Assembly: GCF_006345805.1 (NCBI RefSeq)
Contig: NC_043001.1
Coordinates: 67,084,001-67,148,000 of the forward strand
DNA length: 64,000 nt
Source: Octopus sinensis
Taxonomy: Eukaryota
Reading direction: 5' to 3'
Of this stretch, positions 1 through 13,115 are shown piece after piece; position 1 is the stretch's first letter; each line of letters starts with the position of its first letter. The position numbers and the translations under genes were made by a program. Under the pieces are notes generated by a model. That model was not told the origin of the DNA and ran no database searches. It saw only the letters and a list, made by a program, of their open reading frames with translations.

Positions 1-859
1 AGATTCGAAAAAAAGGTTGTATGTGTGTAATATTTATAAATAACTTATGCCAGCATCCAAAGCAGATGTATGATGATGATATATGCAGATATGTCTTTGT
101 GTGTGTGTGTACAGAATATTCAATATGTCAGGTGATATATATATATTCAGAATTACTGCTTTCTTAGAAAACTGCCATAAAAATACTTGGTGGCCATGGG
201 TGGGATATCTTTGACCAATCTACTATACTATTTTATATATTTCATAAAGTATGTATTACATGTGAGTTATTTGAACTAATAAAGGGCTCTACATAAGTAG
301 TCAACCTGCTAGAAAAAGTAACCAGCTATCATAAAAACGTGAATACATCAATCAGATTATGTAGTCTTAGATAAATTATAGAAGAGCAAAAGGTGGAATG
401 GTCACAGCTGGAACACCTTCAAAAGTCTGTTGGATCAGGGCTGGTCTGGGGCTAAACAACAATAAAAACAATGGCTGTAATAGAGAGATTTGGATTAAAG
501 ATGTGTAACACCTTGACCATAATCACCATTGTGCTTCTTTAAAAATATAATCTCCATTGAAATATCTCTGAAACGTTTACTTACAATTCAGCACTGCATT
601 GTGGTGGCTGTGGCATGCGATATCCACTGGTAACCTTCTCACACACTTCCTGTGGTCCCATAGTTGGGTAAGGTGTCAGACCTATAAAGATAAGGCAAAG
701 TTTACAGTGGCAAATATATATATATATCACCTGACATATTGAATATTCTGTACACACACACACAAAGACTATCTGCATGTATCATCATCATACATCTGCT
801 TTGGATGCTGGCATAAGTTATTTATAAATATTACACACATACAACCTTTTTTCGAATCT
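1..859. repeat. Inverted repeat, arms 1-147 and ~713-859, enclosing exon 585-681
   Basis: The reverse complement of 713-859 matches 1-147 except for one substitution and a few small indels. Confidence 0.95.
585..681 (-). CDS. RTK-like exon, kinase subdomains IX-X (GLTPYPTMGPQEVCEKVTSGYRMPQPPQCSAE)
   Basis: Acceptor ctttatag|GT at 682/681, donor TT|gtaagt at 585/584. 97 nt, phase 1 to 2. Tyrosine-kinase GxxPYP...GYRMxxPxxC motif. Confidence 0.93.
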
Positions 860-1260
860 TAAACTGAGCATCAAACTAATGCATTCACAACCCCAACCCT
901 CACCCACCCCCACCCTTACTTTCCCCACTCTCGTCTCCACCACATCCCAACGCCACCACATCACACCACACACCATCATACCACAACACACCACATCACA
1001 TCACACTACCACGCACACACTAGCACTGACCATTTCCCAGCATCCACACCATAATCCACATATGCACATGTCAAAGTCACCAGCTCTCTTCCACATGCAC
1101 ATATATGCTTTCTTATACACATGCACGCGCACCTTCATTTTGGGATCACCCCTGCTTTATTATCTCCCCTTCTTCTTAGCTCTCCTGAGTGACCCCTCTG
1201 TTTGGCATTCGCCATGATAGATCGCTAACTGCTACACATTCTTTATTTTCTCTCCTTGTT

Positions 1261-1298
1261 TCTTTCTGTGGAAGAGAGTAGGCTCGAAACATTAAAGA
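1261..1298 (+). ncRNA. Degenerate minimal hammerhead-like motif in a PLE-end-type repeat
   Basis: TCTTT-CTGTGGA-A-GAG tagg CTC-GAAA-CA-TT-AAAGA. Helices I and II pair, but core A6>U and the helix III pair are broken. Confidence 0.45.
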
Positions 1299-1406
1299 CT
1301 TTTTCACTTCCAGAGCATTAAGCTTATACATCTGCTTATACAACCTGTCTTTGTCTTTTGTTTTTTTGTGAATTCTACCCCAATATATATATTATTTATA
1401 TATATA

Positions 1407-3330
1407 TCATCATCATCATTTAGCGTCCGCTTTCCATGCTAGCATGGGTTGGACGGTCCAACTGGGGTCTGTGAAGCCAGAAGGCTTCATCAGGCCCAGT
1501 CTGATCTGGCAGTGTTTCTACAGCTGGATGCCCTTCCTAACGCCAACCACTCCGTGAGTGTAGTGGGTGCTTTTTACGTGCCACACGCACAGGTGCCAGA
1601 CGGAACTGGCAAACAGCCACGGACGGATGGTGCTTTTTACGTGCCACCGGCACGGGGGCCAGGCGGGGCTGGCAACGGCCACAAATGGATGGTGCTTTTT
1701 ACGTGCCACTGGCACGGAGGCCAGTCGGGGCGTCGCTGGCAACGGCCACGATCGGATGGTTCGCTTACTTGTCATCGGCACTGGTATCACAGCTGCAATT
1801 TCCATTGATGTTGATCGACTTCGATTTTGGTTCTGCTTTCTGATATCTGATTTGATTTGGTTTGGTTTTGATTTTGATTTTCACTTGCCTCAACGGGTCT
1901 TCACAAGTGGAGTTTTGTGTCCCAAGAAGGAAAGGTATGTATAAGTTGACTGGCTACATACCAGGTAGAGGCCACGGGTTATGGTCTCACTAGTCTTGCC
2001 GGGTCTTCTCACGCACAGCATACTTCCATAGGTCTCGGTCTCTAGTCATTTCCTTGGTGAGACCTAAAGTTCGAAGGTCGTGCTTCACCACCTCGTCCCA
2101 GGTTTTCCTGGGTCTACCTCTTCCACAGGTTCCCTCAACCGCTAGGGTGTGGCACTTTTGCACACAACTATCTTTAGCCATTCTCGTCACATGACCATAC
2201 CAGCGCAAACGTCTCTCTTGCACACCACATCTGATGCTTCTTAGGTCCAGCTTTTCTCTCAAGGTACTTACACTCTGTCGATTATGAACACTGACATTAC
2301 ACATCCATCGGAGCATACTGGCTTCATTTCTTGCGAGCTTACGCATATCCTAAGCAGTCACAGCCCATGTTTCACTGCCATGCAGCATGGCTGTTCGTAC
2401 ACATGCATCATACAGTCTGCTTTTTACTCTGAGCGAGAGGCCTTTTGTCACCAGCAGGGGTAAGAGCTCTCTGAACTTTACCGAGGCTATTCTTACTCTA
2501 GCAGTTACAGTTTCAGGTAGCGGAAGCTATCAACTACTTCTAGTTTTTCTCCCTGGAACGTGGTAGAAGTTAGTCTCTGCACATTTTCAGTTATTATTGC
2601 TCCTGAGCATCTGCCACAGACAAAAACTATTTTCCTAGTTAGCCTTCCTTTGACATTGTTGCACCTCTTATGTGTCCATAGCTTACACTTGGTGCACCTT
2701 ATAGAGTTTCTACCTACACCTTTTTTACAGATCGAGCAGGGCCATCTACCTGAAGGCGTTTGTGATTGGTCTACCTTCCTACTTATTAGGACTTTGGTTT
2801 TGGCTAGGTTGATTCTAAGGCCCTTCGATTCTAATCCTTGCTTCCACACCTGAAACTTCTCCTCCAGTTCTGATAGTGACTCAGCAATTAGAGCAAGGTC
2901 ATCAGCATAGAGGAGCTCCCAGGGGAATCCTGTCTTGAATTCCTCCGTTATTGCCTGGAGGACTATGGTAAATAGGAGGGGACTGAGGACTGAACCTTGG
3001 TGGACCCCAACCTCTACCTTGAATTCTTCACTGTACTCGTTGCCAACCCTCACCTTACTAGCAGCGTCCCTGTACATGGCTCGCACAGCACTCACTAACC
3101 ATTCATCTATCCCTAGTTTTCTCATTGACCACCAGATAAGGGATCGGGTGACCCTGTCGATGGTTTTCTCCATGTCAACAAAAGCCAGGTACAGGGGCTA
3201 ATCTTTGGCTAGGTATTTCCCCTGCAGCTGTCTGACCAGGAATATAGCATCAGTAGTACTTTTCCCTGGCCTGAACCCAAACTGCATCTCGTCCAAGTTG
3301 ACTCTCTCCCTAATGTGTAGGATGTATGTG
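1407..3330 (-). mobile_element. 5'-truncated RTE-clade LINE (RT C-terminal half, PHD-like Cys/His finger, 3' UTR, (GAT)n tail)
   Basis: ORFs 2505-3173 ([33 protein letters not shown]) and 1990-2346 (RLRWYGHV..RGRPRKTW). The 3' UTR with internal sub-repeats runs to the catcatcat tail at ~1407. Confidence 0.93.
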
Positions 3331-5548
3331 TAAGAAGTTTACTTTCCAACCATGTGGTTTTGAGTTCAGTCCCACTGTGCAGCACTGAAAGAAGTTTGGT
3401 ATATGTGTGTGTGTGTGTGTGTGCACGCTCGTGTGGATGTGTGTCTACCAAGAGTTTCAATTACTAAGACAGTATTTAATATAATATTGACATTTAAATT
3501 CTACCTTAATTGAGGGACATCTGGTACATTAATGGCTGTTTGTGTATATATAGCTGTTGATATACATTTCTCAATGTGTCTGTTTGTGAAGGCATTCAGT
3601 ATTATAAATATGCCTTTGTATATATTTGTCAATATAAATATGTTTGTGTGTGTGTGTAATTCTTAGTGCATGTGTGTGACTAAGTTCTTACATATATGTG
3701 TCAATATTTTAGTCACTATATGTATATATGAATATGTATTTTCTCTTTCTATGCGAGTTTGTATATAATGAAGTCTGGGTATCTCTCTCTCTTTTATGTA
3801 TATGTGTGTGTGTGTGTAATGTACGTTTGTAATGTATGTATGCATGTAGGCATGTATGTATATATGTAAATATATGTGCATACCTGGCTTTCTTTTACTG
3901 TGTATAATTCTACATATATGTGCATATGGAAAATCTCACTTTGCACAATACATAAATGCTGGTATGGGTGTCTATCAGATGGTGATTTCTTTGTACCTTT
4001 GTGCATAAAGGAGCTTGTGTGCATATATGTTTGTGAGTATATGCATGTATGTATATATGTATTCCAATGATAGAGCTAGTTTCTAACCTAAAAACAAGTT
4101 CCTTTTCACTAGAATTTAGAGAACAGCAATATGTATGAATGTATCAGCACGTGTATATATGTGTGTACTTGTGTGTATATGTATACATGTTGTTCTATGT
4201 ATGAATCTGTGTGTGTATACATACATAGATACATACATACATACATCTTTGCATGTGTATATGTAGTTATTACAAGTTAAGCTTTAGATACGAATGTATA
4301 TATGAAGATATTTGTGCATGTATGTATCTGTGTATATATATATGTGTGTGAATGAATATGTTTGTGTCTGAGTATGTGTGTGTATACACACACACACACA
4401 CACATATATATATACACACACACAATTATGCATCTATGAATGTATGTATATAGGCGTATCTGAATTTATTTCTTAGTAACTATCAAAGGAAATCAATTCT
4501 TCAATTATTCCAAGTGTTAAAGAATGGTAAAATTAAACTTCTTTCATCAAGATTGTTCTGTTGCATAAAACATCAGTCGTGAATTCCATATTTCAGAAAA
4601 CTACTTTGGTGAATTCTTTATTCCAAAAATACCAAAAATAACAACAAAAAAAAAATCAGTAAACCTACATTAAAAAAAAAAGAAGCAATAATCAAAATAA
4701 TACTAACCCTCACAAAAAGTAATGAAATCACAAAGTATTGTAGTTCTTTAAAATCTAAAGAATTGTAAAGCATAAGCATGTTTACGTGAAACCTATTGAA
4801 TATAACAGTTCTTCCGGCTTGTGCTGCTTATATCAGAGAACCAAATACCAAACTCCAAGAATAATAGTAGTGAAGTCTGTATTAACAGACTGCAGTGAAG
4901 TAATGATAACTGTATGTAAGTATTGAGGGAAAGTAAATATCATTCAAGAATGTTGCTTAACAAAGCTGAAAATGAGAATATTAAAGACTTTCTATAGTTT
5001 ATCCCAACAGATTAATAACTGATACAGAGGTATTGGAGGAATTATTTAGACATGAAGAATTCAGGTAGGTGGTACTGCACTGAATGACCGAGTTTTTAGA
5101 GAATTACATTGCTACCTACCTACTTTGTCTAATTATTTTATGAATTGGTTAATTATTGAAATTTTTATTCCAGCTCATTTAGCAATGGTTTATTAGTAAT
5201 AGTAAAAATAGTAGTACTCTAGTTTGATATTGTTTGAATCTCTCACTTGGTAGATTTTTTGTCTATATGTATGCAAGCATATCTATATGTGTGCATGTGT
5301 CTGTGTATATGTCTTTGCTTTGACATCATACAACAATTGTAAATGAGTGTCAACATCATAAAAGTGATGTTCATTTCCAGCCTTCCATGAAAATATATCT
5401 GGCTGTGGGAAATATTACCTTGCTGCAATAATAGTGAAGGCTGGCAATGGGAAGGGCATTCAGCCTTAGAAAATCTCCCTCAACAAATTCCATCTGATTG
5501 ATGCAAGCATGGAAAAATGATGATGATGATGATGAGTGAGTATATTAA

Positions 5549-6615
5549 CCCTTTCGTTACTATATTTCTGACCAAAATACACCCCTTATGTGTTTCAATT
5601 AATTTATAATGTAATCATAAATTTAGTCTGGTTTCATTAAACAACTATAACTTTTTTATTTATCAATATATTAACGTGAATTTTGGAAGATAATTTAATG
5701 AAATGTTCTCAACCAATTCTATACTATAATTTTTGTCACAAAGTGACTCTAATTGCAGGTAGATACAGGTAAATTCAACAAAATATAAAATTATTAAAAT
5801 TTTGTTCAAACATCGCTATAGAAAATGGGTTATTAGCTAATATTCAATTGGGTATACAACAAAATTTTACGATAGAATTTGTTATTCTGGGTAACTTTCT
5901 GATACCCATAATAATATTTATGGCAAAATAGTCTTAATTTCATTTAAGGTTATGGGAAACCACTTTCTTTCGTTTTGTTTACATTTAGCGTAACGGTTTG
6001 TTTCTGCCATAATGATTTCAAATAGGCTCATTCGAAAAAGTAAAAAGAAATAGTCTAAGGCTTTACTCTTCTGGGAAAGTCTGTGGCTTGGTCCAGTTTC
6101 TTCAGAAAAATCACCGAAAGAAACAGTTTTTAAATTTTCACTCCATTCAGGTGCCAATTCATTTTCTTTATCGCTGTCGGAACTCTCAGATTCACTGTTT
6201 TCACTTTCGGAAAATGAAACATCAGATTCATTATCAAATACCACATGCTTTTTTTTTTCAGTTATAGAGTTAGATTTATGAAGGTCTTCAGCAGGAAATC
6301 CTTCGAATTCTGACTCGCTGCTTGATATTATGAAATTCGTATCCATTTTTTGTCAGAATTACAAATTTTGAAAACACAATAGGAACAAATTTCGGAAAAA
6401 AATCTCTCAAAATTCACGGAATTAAAATTACACTTCGATTGTTGTACAAAACTGTAGTTGAACTCTTTATGAGGTATAATACGTGTTTTCACGAATGTAC
6501 TAAAGAGATTTGCTCTGATATTCTCATTTAAATATGAATAGGTAAATTCAGGCGGTTTTGGGCTGCTTGGTCACATTAACCAAAATTTTTTTTGGGCGGT
6601 TTGGTAACGAAAGGG
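5549..6615 (-). mobile_element. Non-autonomous piggyBac derivative carrying the transposase N-terminus
   Basis: TTAA TSDs at 5545-5548 and 6616-6619. 12-bp TIR CCCTTTCGTTAC/GTAACGAAAGGG. ORF 5918-6346 has an acidic N-terminus plus the piggyBac-like DYFFLLF..ETNRYA..W.PIT..EIK. Confidence 0.92.
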
Positions 6616-7178
6616 TTAACATCATTTTAATGCCTACTTTTTCCATGCTAGCACAAGTCTCATTGAGACAATATTTTTTCATTTGTCAGATGCCCTACTA
6701 GTTACAAACCTTTATTTATTTCCAAGTATGCTACTATATATCCTGGTCTTTCACATGACAAGGTCAATAGCTGAACATATTTTTGTAGCAGGTGGTGATT
6801 CCACTTATTTCAGTATTAATTTTAGTGTCAGCAATAGGATGGCAGTCAGTCAATATGCAACCAGGTAAGAACTGAACTCAAGAATATCATGTAAACTATT
6901 TACTGCCATAAAGTATTTTGTCCAACGCTTTACCAAATATGCTATTTACCTGTCATAGCACCCTAAAAATTGTACCTCCATTGGCTGTGATGCTCTACCA
7001 ATACTACCATCCACCTGTCATACAGGTATCTCTGTCATATCTATTTTGAAGTTCCCACTGCAAAAGTTTTAATAAACAGCATCTTGTTGCTACTAATTGC
7101 ATCTGGTCATTTGGCCTGAGGTCAAATGAAATCCCAGCTTTACAGTACTCCAAATACTTACAGTTGTGAACCATTCTG

Positions 7179-7215
<37 letters not shown>

Positions 7216-8009
7216 TGCGTGTTTATGATGGCTGTTGACTCACCAGTGCCTTCTTGTTACAAACACTGACACAAATGAAGACATACAACAGTATTGCAGG
7301 AACCAAACTCTATCCCTTAGACAGCAGAGGCACCGTAATAAGGGTACAGTCCTAGGGGTAATCAAGAAATCACAACTGCTCTCATTATAGGTGCAGGTGT
7401 TGCTGTGTGGTAAAAACTTTGCCTTCCAACAACATGGTTCTGGGTTCAGTTCTACTGTATGACACCTTTGGCAAGTGTCTTCCACTATAACCTTGAGCCA
7501 ACCAAAACCTTGGTTGGAAACTGAAAAAAGTTTGTCATATGTGTTTGTGTATCTGTGTCTGTGCTTATTCCCCATCACTGCTTGACAATGGGTGTAGGTG
7601 TGTTTATGTTCCCCATAACTTAGTGATTCAGCAAAAGGGAGCAAAAAAATAAGTACCAGGCTTAAAATAAAACTACTAAGGTGAATTCATTTGACTAAAA
7701 CATATAAAAGACTGAAACATATAAGAGATAAAAGACTTCTCCTACATCCTCTACAGTCTCATATGTAAGGAAACTATAAATGTGGCAGTATTTTATTATT
7801 GCAGATGTTCTTGGTACCTTAAAACTACAGCAAAAGGTCCATTGTCAGTTTGTGATATATATAAAAACCAGAAGCTTGATTTACACTTTAAAAGAAAGAT
7901 GGGGGTGGATTCGAAACAACCTACACATTAAATAATAGTAAGTGGCATAAGGGAAAATACACACACACACACACACACACACCACACACACACACCACAC
8001 ACACACACA

Positions 8010-8060
<51 letters not shown>

Positions 8061-8664
8061 GCTTAGTATGACTTGGTAGCTTATGCCATACTTTTGCTAA
8101 TTGTTTTAATTGCATCTATAGTTGCGAGCAGACAAGCATTCTCTTGTCCCTTCCACCCTTCATCCAGTGGAACGTTGAAAATGTGACAGCTGGAGAGAGA
8201 GGAAGGGAGAAGGGAGAGAGATAGGGAAGAGAGAGAGAGAGAGGGGGAGAAGGGAAAGAGAGAGAAAGGGAGTGAGCATCAACATTGGGTTGGTATTCAG
8301 TTGAAAACTGAGTACACTGTGAAATGAAGTTCCTTGCTTCAAGACAACACACCACCCTATTCAGAAATTGAACTCATGGCCTTATGATTATGAAATCCAC
8401 ACTTAACCACTAAACCAGCTGACTACACAGACACATATTATTGGTTGACCATTGGTTCTCCTTGGTTCATCTGTCCTCCATAAAGTATCCAAAAGTTCAC
8501 CTTCCTTGCTAAGCATGTTTTCTGAGCTCGCCAGTTTAGCCATCAATGGCTTAACCATACACAGTTGTATTGGTTTGCACATACATACATTTACATACAT
8601 AATATATACTCATACATGCGTTAATACATACATGCAAAATATATATAAATATGAAGATCTTTAC

Positions 8665-8776
8665 CAAAATGTATGATTTCCCACAGAAGAATACCAAAAG
8701 CCCAAACATCAGTTGTAATGTTAAAGATACGTTCTTTAATAGATTCTGGACACATCCATCGTACTGGCAATGATGT
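8665..8776 (-). CDS. RTK-like exon, subdomains VIII-IX (TSLPVRWMCPESIKERIFNITTDVWAFGILLWEIIHF)
   Basis: Acceptor catttcag|ACA, donor G|gtaaag. 112 nt, phase 0 to 1. LPVRWMxPE and DVWxFGILLWEI motifs. Confidence 0.95.
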
Positions 8777-8945
8777 CTGAAATGGAATCAAATAATAATC
8801 ATAGACTGTGTCACTATGGATATTATTACATTGACCATAGTAGTATAACCATTGGTCAATCAATTACAAAAAAAATTTAATCATGTAATAAATATATGGA
8901 TCATTCAATACAATACTAAAAAATTTAAGTGGAAATATTTACATA

Positions 8946-9348
8946 TACTCTTTTACTCTTTTACTAGTTTCAGTCATTTGACTGCGGCCATGCTGGAGCA
9001 CCGCCTTTAATCGAGCAACTCGACCCCGGGACTTATTCTTTTGTAAGCCTAGTACTTATTCTATCGGTCTCTTTTGCCGAACCACTAAGTAACATAAACA
9101 CACCAGCATCGGTTGTCAAGCAATGCTAGGGGGACAAACACAAACACACACACGCATATATATATATATATATATACATATATACGACAGGCTTCTTTCA
9201 GTTTCCGTCTACCAAATCCACTCACAAGGCTTTGGTCGGCCCGAGGCTATAGTAGAAGACACTTGCCCAAGGTGCCACGCAGTGGGACTGAACCCGGAAC
9301 CATGTGGTTGGTAAACAAGCTACTTACCACACAGCCACTCCTGCGCCT
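8946..9348 (-). mobile_element. tRNA-derived SINE (octopus OK/OR-type), full length
   Basis: On the minus strand, head caggagtggctgtgtggtaag...ggttccgggttcagtccc (A/B-box like), conserved core, and tail ggtgctccagcatggccgcagtcaaatgactgaaac. Many other copies are in the window. Confidence 0.88.
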
Positions 9349-9989
9349 ATATATAAATAAAATAGAAATAATGTGCACAAGTAGATGTATAACTGCTACT
9401 GTTATGTTTAGCACCATTATTAGAGCTGCTGTTAAGTAGATTTTTATAATTTGGTCTGCTTTCTGTATACTTGTCAATTAACTACAATACTGTGTAGTAT
9501 TCCATTGTCATTGAACATCTATATCTATCTGGAACTTCAGGTCTTAGGACAACTGTAATGGTCTGTTATGGTTGAGCTCCTTTTGCATTTGGAACTTAAA
9601 CCATGGGGTTCCAAACAACCATAATGGTGAAACAAGAGTAGGAACTTTAATTTAAACTTGTGTTTATCCTTATTTTCCATGCATGCAAGCACGCGTGTGT
9701 GTGTGTGTGTGTGTGTGCATATATATAAATGTATGTATTAAATGATTTTAACATTTCAAATGATTTCAAATATCTTTGTGTTTTTCTTTATATTAGCAGG
9801 TTATTAAAACCCAAAATTATCAGAATTTTATGTTGTCATAACAGAATATACACACAAATTGAGGTAAGCAACAGTGTATAGATAGACAAATAAGTACACT
9901 GTCCTATCACTATTCCAGTTTTTCCATTTCATTTGTGAATCATTTCCTTGAGGTAAAACAGAACACAACACTGAGTGATATAAACTAGT

Positions 9990-11190
9990 GACCCAACCCT
10001 AAAATGAAATAAATATTTAATGACCTCATGGCATACCTATGAAGTAATAAATGTTTAACAGGAATCAGATGTGCAAGAAAGAAGATTAAACTGATATGGA
10101 AAAGTGATGCAAATAAATGGGGGCAGTTTGTGAATGGAACTTGTGGTAGAGGAAGACCAAAGAAAACATTGGATAAATGGTGAAAGCTGATCCCAGGACC
10201 TTGAACATCATAGAGGAGATGACAAAGGACTGGGATGACTGACAATATATGGTATATGACAAGTTCCACCCATCTCAGTAAAACTGAGATTCTGGAAGTA
10301 CAAAATGAATATCTATGCATAACTGAGTCCCTTGCACAATTTCCTTTTCAAGTAATCCTCATTACCCATCATCTCTATAATGGCAGTATTTTGCTGCAGT
10401 AATTAAATGTAAGCAGAACTGCATACTTCACCAGCATCCCCTGATACTGCTTATCTTTTTCACAACACAAAACCATTTCACTTCCTTCATTCTTAATACT
10501 GCCCTCTCCACCTACAGTTTACATTGATCAGTCTACTGAGCCACCATATTCTCTCCTTCTCTATCACATTTCTTGCTCTCTTGATGCATTATACTTTCTT
10601 CTACCTCACACACTTGAACCCTCCCTAACCACATATAATCTCTCTTTCTCTCTTCCTTCCCCTGTCTACTGTATCACCATTACTATTCTGCTGCACTTCA
10701 CTGCCTTTTTCCCTATATAGCAAGTCATCTCTCACTCCACCTACCTCCCCCAACTTACCTGTATTATTTGTTATCCCCACCCCTTATCCACTAGTCACTA
10801 CATCCACTCTCAACTCTACCCAATCTCTACAGCTGTCGTTAACACTCCCCTAAAATGTAAACTTAACATCCTTTGATAATTGTTCTTTATTCATTATATT
10901 CACTCCTTCACCTTTTCCACATCTCTAATCATCCCTCACTCTCCCATACACTCTTGCAACCTCCACCCACTTACACTCCCTGTTCTTCGGTGCCCATTCA
11001 CTTCCACCCATCTTGTACCTTGATAGTCCACCCTGACATTTCCAAACCACTGTTTTTATTGCTATCCAATTTTGCTCTGGTTACTGCTACCCTCTCTTCT
11101 AAATGTGTGTAGCCATGTAACTCCTCCACAGCAATTGTGTTCTGTTCCTTTCTCTCATACTTTAACTCCTTGTCTCCTAGCATAAAGCTG
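9990..11190. mobile_element. Decayed RTE LINE fragments (plus ~9990-10320, minus ~10870-11190)
   Basis: GTCGRGRP/KTW-like coding remnants with stops, similar to 1990-2346. Confidence 0.6.
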
Positions 11191-11939
11191 TTTTCCTCCT
11201 TACTGTATTCCAGTCAGTCAAGGGGGGCATTAATTTTGCAAGCTGCTTAGCAACCTCACAAGTGCCAGTGCCATGGAAAAAGCATCCAGTACACACTGTA
11301 AAATTGTTGGTGTTAGGAAAGGCATCCAGGTGTAGAAGTCATGCCAAAGTAGACACTGGAGCACAATACAGCTCTAGTATCCATCAGATCCTGTCAAACC
11401 ATTCAACCCATGCCAGCATGGAATATTAAACAGTGATGATGATGATTTAATGATCTTATGGCGCACACTTATGAAATATAATAATCATTTAATGTATTAG
11501 CATTATCATAGAAAATTGTAACACTATCATTAAGATTTAAACTCTTTTAACACATCAGTGAACTTTTAGACAATAGATATAACTTATGCTATACCAAATA
11601 TGGTCATGGAACAATACTGAGAACAAAAATGAGAAACAATAACTCCCTATGTATAATTTACACTCATAATTTTTAGGTTTAACAAATACTTTGCAAAAAA
11701 GTGAGTATGGGCATAGGTGGTAGGGTGATATAAATATCCAGTATATTACTGGCATTTTATTAATTTTGTAGGAATAAAAATAAAAGCAGGATTTGAAATT
11801 AGAATTTAGTGAGATCAAGTTAAACACTGTACAGTAGTAAATCTCTTATTCTATGATTTCTGTTCTACTAAGTCAACATTCTTACGAAGATTTGAATTTG
11901 AAATACTGTAAACAAGAACTGTGGAATCAGTTTACTTAC

Positions 11940-12053
11940 TGCTTCATATAGATTCCGAGACATGACATCTTCCTGGAAACCAAAACCAGTCAACCTGATC
12001 ACACCACCTTTTGCTACTAGAACACTGGCTGAAGTTAAACGGTAACTGATAAG
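11940..12053 (-). CDS. RTK-like exon, degenerate catalytic loop and DFG region (LISYRLTSASVLVAKGGVIRLTGFGFQEDVMSRNLYEA)
   Basis: Acceptor tcattgcag|CTT, donor GCA|gtaagt. 114 nt, phase 0 to 0. Aligns positionally to IHRDLAARNVLV...VKIxDFG. Confidence 0.93.
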
Positions 12054-12419
12054 CTGCAATGACACAAAGTGCAACAAAGACTTAAAGTACAACAATGACA
12101 TAAAGGATCACTTTGGATCAAGACAAGTTGTTAGAATTTTTTAAAAAAGAAAAAGAATATTCTTTAACAAATTTAAGATGTTTTATGAAACTCATCCCCA
12201 CCACCCAACAGCGAACTTCTTGTAACCCTAAATATTTTTAATAATATAGTTGCGGGTTTGAAACAGAGTTGTTCGATCATTTAAATAGTGTTAACTGTTC
12301 AGAAAAAAATGACATAACAGGTGAGAAAACATGGGTGAATGGCAATAGTGTTGAAACAAAAGTCGTAGTTATGATGGTGGGTTGATTCATCGTCACTGTA
12401 ATCAAGAAAAGTATATCAG

Positions 12420-12895
12420 GGACACAAAAAGATAATGTTAATTATAATCTTAAATGGAAGGGAATCATTTATCTTAAGTTTATTCCATAGGGTCAGACAA
12501 TCAATAGAGATGTTTACTTGGAAGACATGGCACAAAGTATTGAAGGCTGATCTCAAAACACTGAGCCTTACAAAGGAGATAACAGAGGTCATAGATATGT
12601 GGTGCATATTCAAGAAGATTCACCCACCACAACAGAATTGATATCCTAAAACCAAAGTGCCATGTAAAAAAACATTGTTGTTGGTGCTACATAAAAAGAA
12701 CTGGTGCTGGTGCCATGTAAAAAGCACTGGTGATAGTGCCATGTAAAAAGCACCCAGTACACTCTGTAAAGTGGTTGGCATTAGGAAGGGTATCCAGTTG
12801 TAGAAACCAAGCCAAAATAGACTATGGAATCTGGTGTGATCCCTGGCCCTGCCAGTTCCTGTGAAGCCATCAGCCCATAATGATGATGAAGATGA
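12420..12895 (+). mobile_element. Decayed RTE 3' end with UTR and (GAT)n tail
   Basis: KTWHKVLKADLKTLSLTKEIT similarity, then UTR motifs (aaaaagcac repeats, ggttggcattaggaagggtatcc) and gatgatga. Confidence 0.7.
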
Positions 12896-12909
12896 TATAT
12901 GATGTTTAC

Positions 12910-13115
12910 CTTAAATCTCAAGAGATGTTCCATTCCTCTCAAAATCTGGGTTGCCAAGTTGAGCATCATTTGTGGTGTCAGAGCATAATTACGCAATCTG
13001 ACAGCTTGCTGGTGTCCAGAGTTAATCTCAATCTCCTGCTGACCAAGACGGTGCCGTTGTAGATAGTTTCTGAGTGTACCTTCTGCTGCATATTCTAACA
13101 CAATCAGCTGTGGCT
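12910..13115 (-). CDS. RTK-like exon, hinge, kinase insert and alphaE (EPQLIVLEYAAEGTLRNYLQRHR...ATQILRGMEHLLRFK)
   Basis: Acceptor catcatag|AG, donor AAG|gtaaac. 206 nt, phase 1 to 0. Confidence 0.95.
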
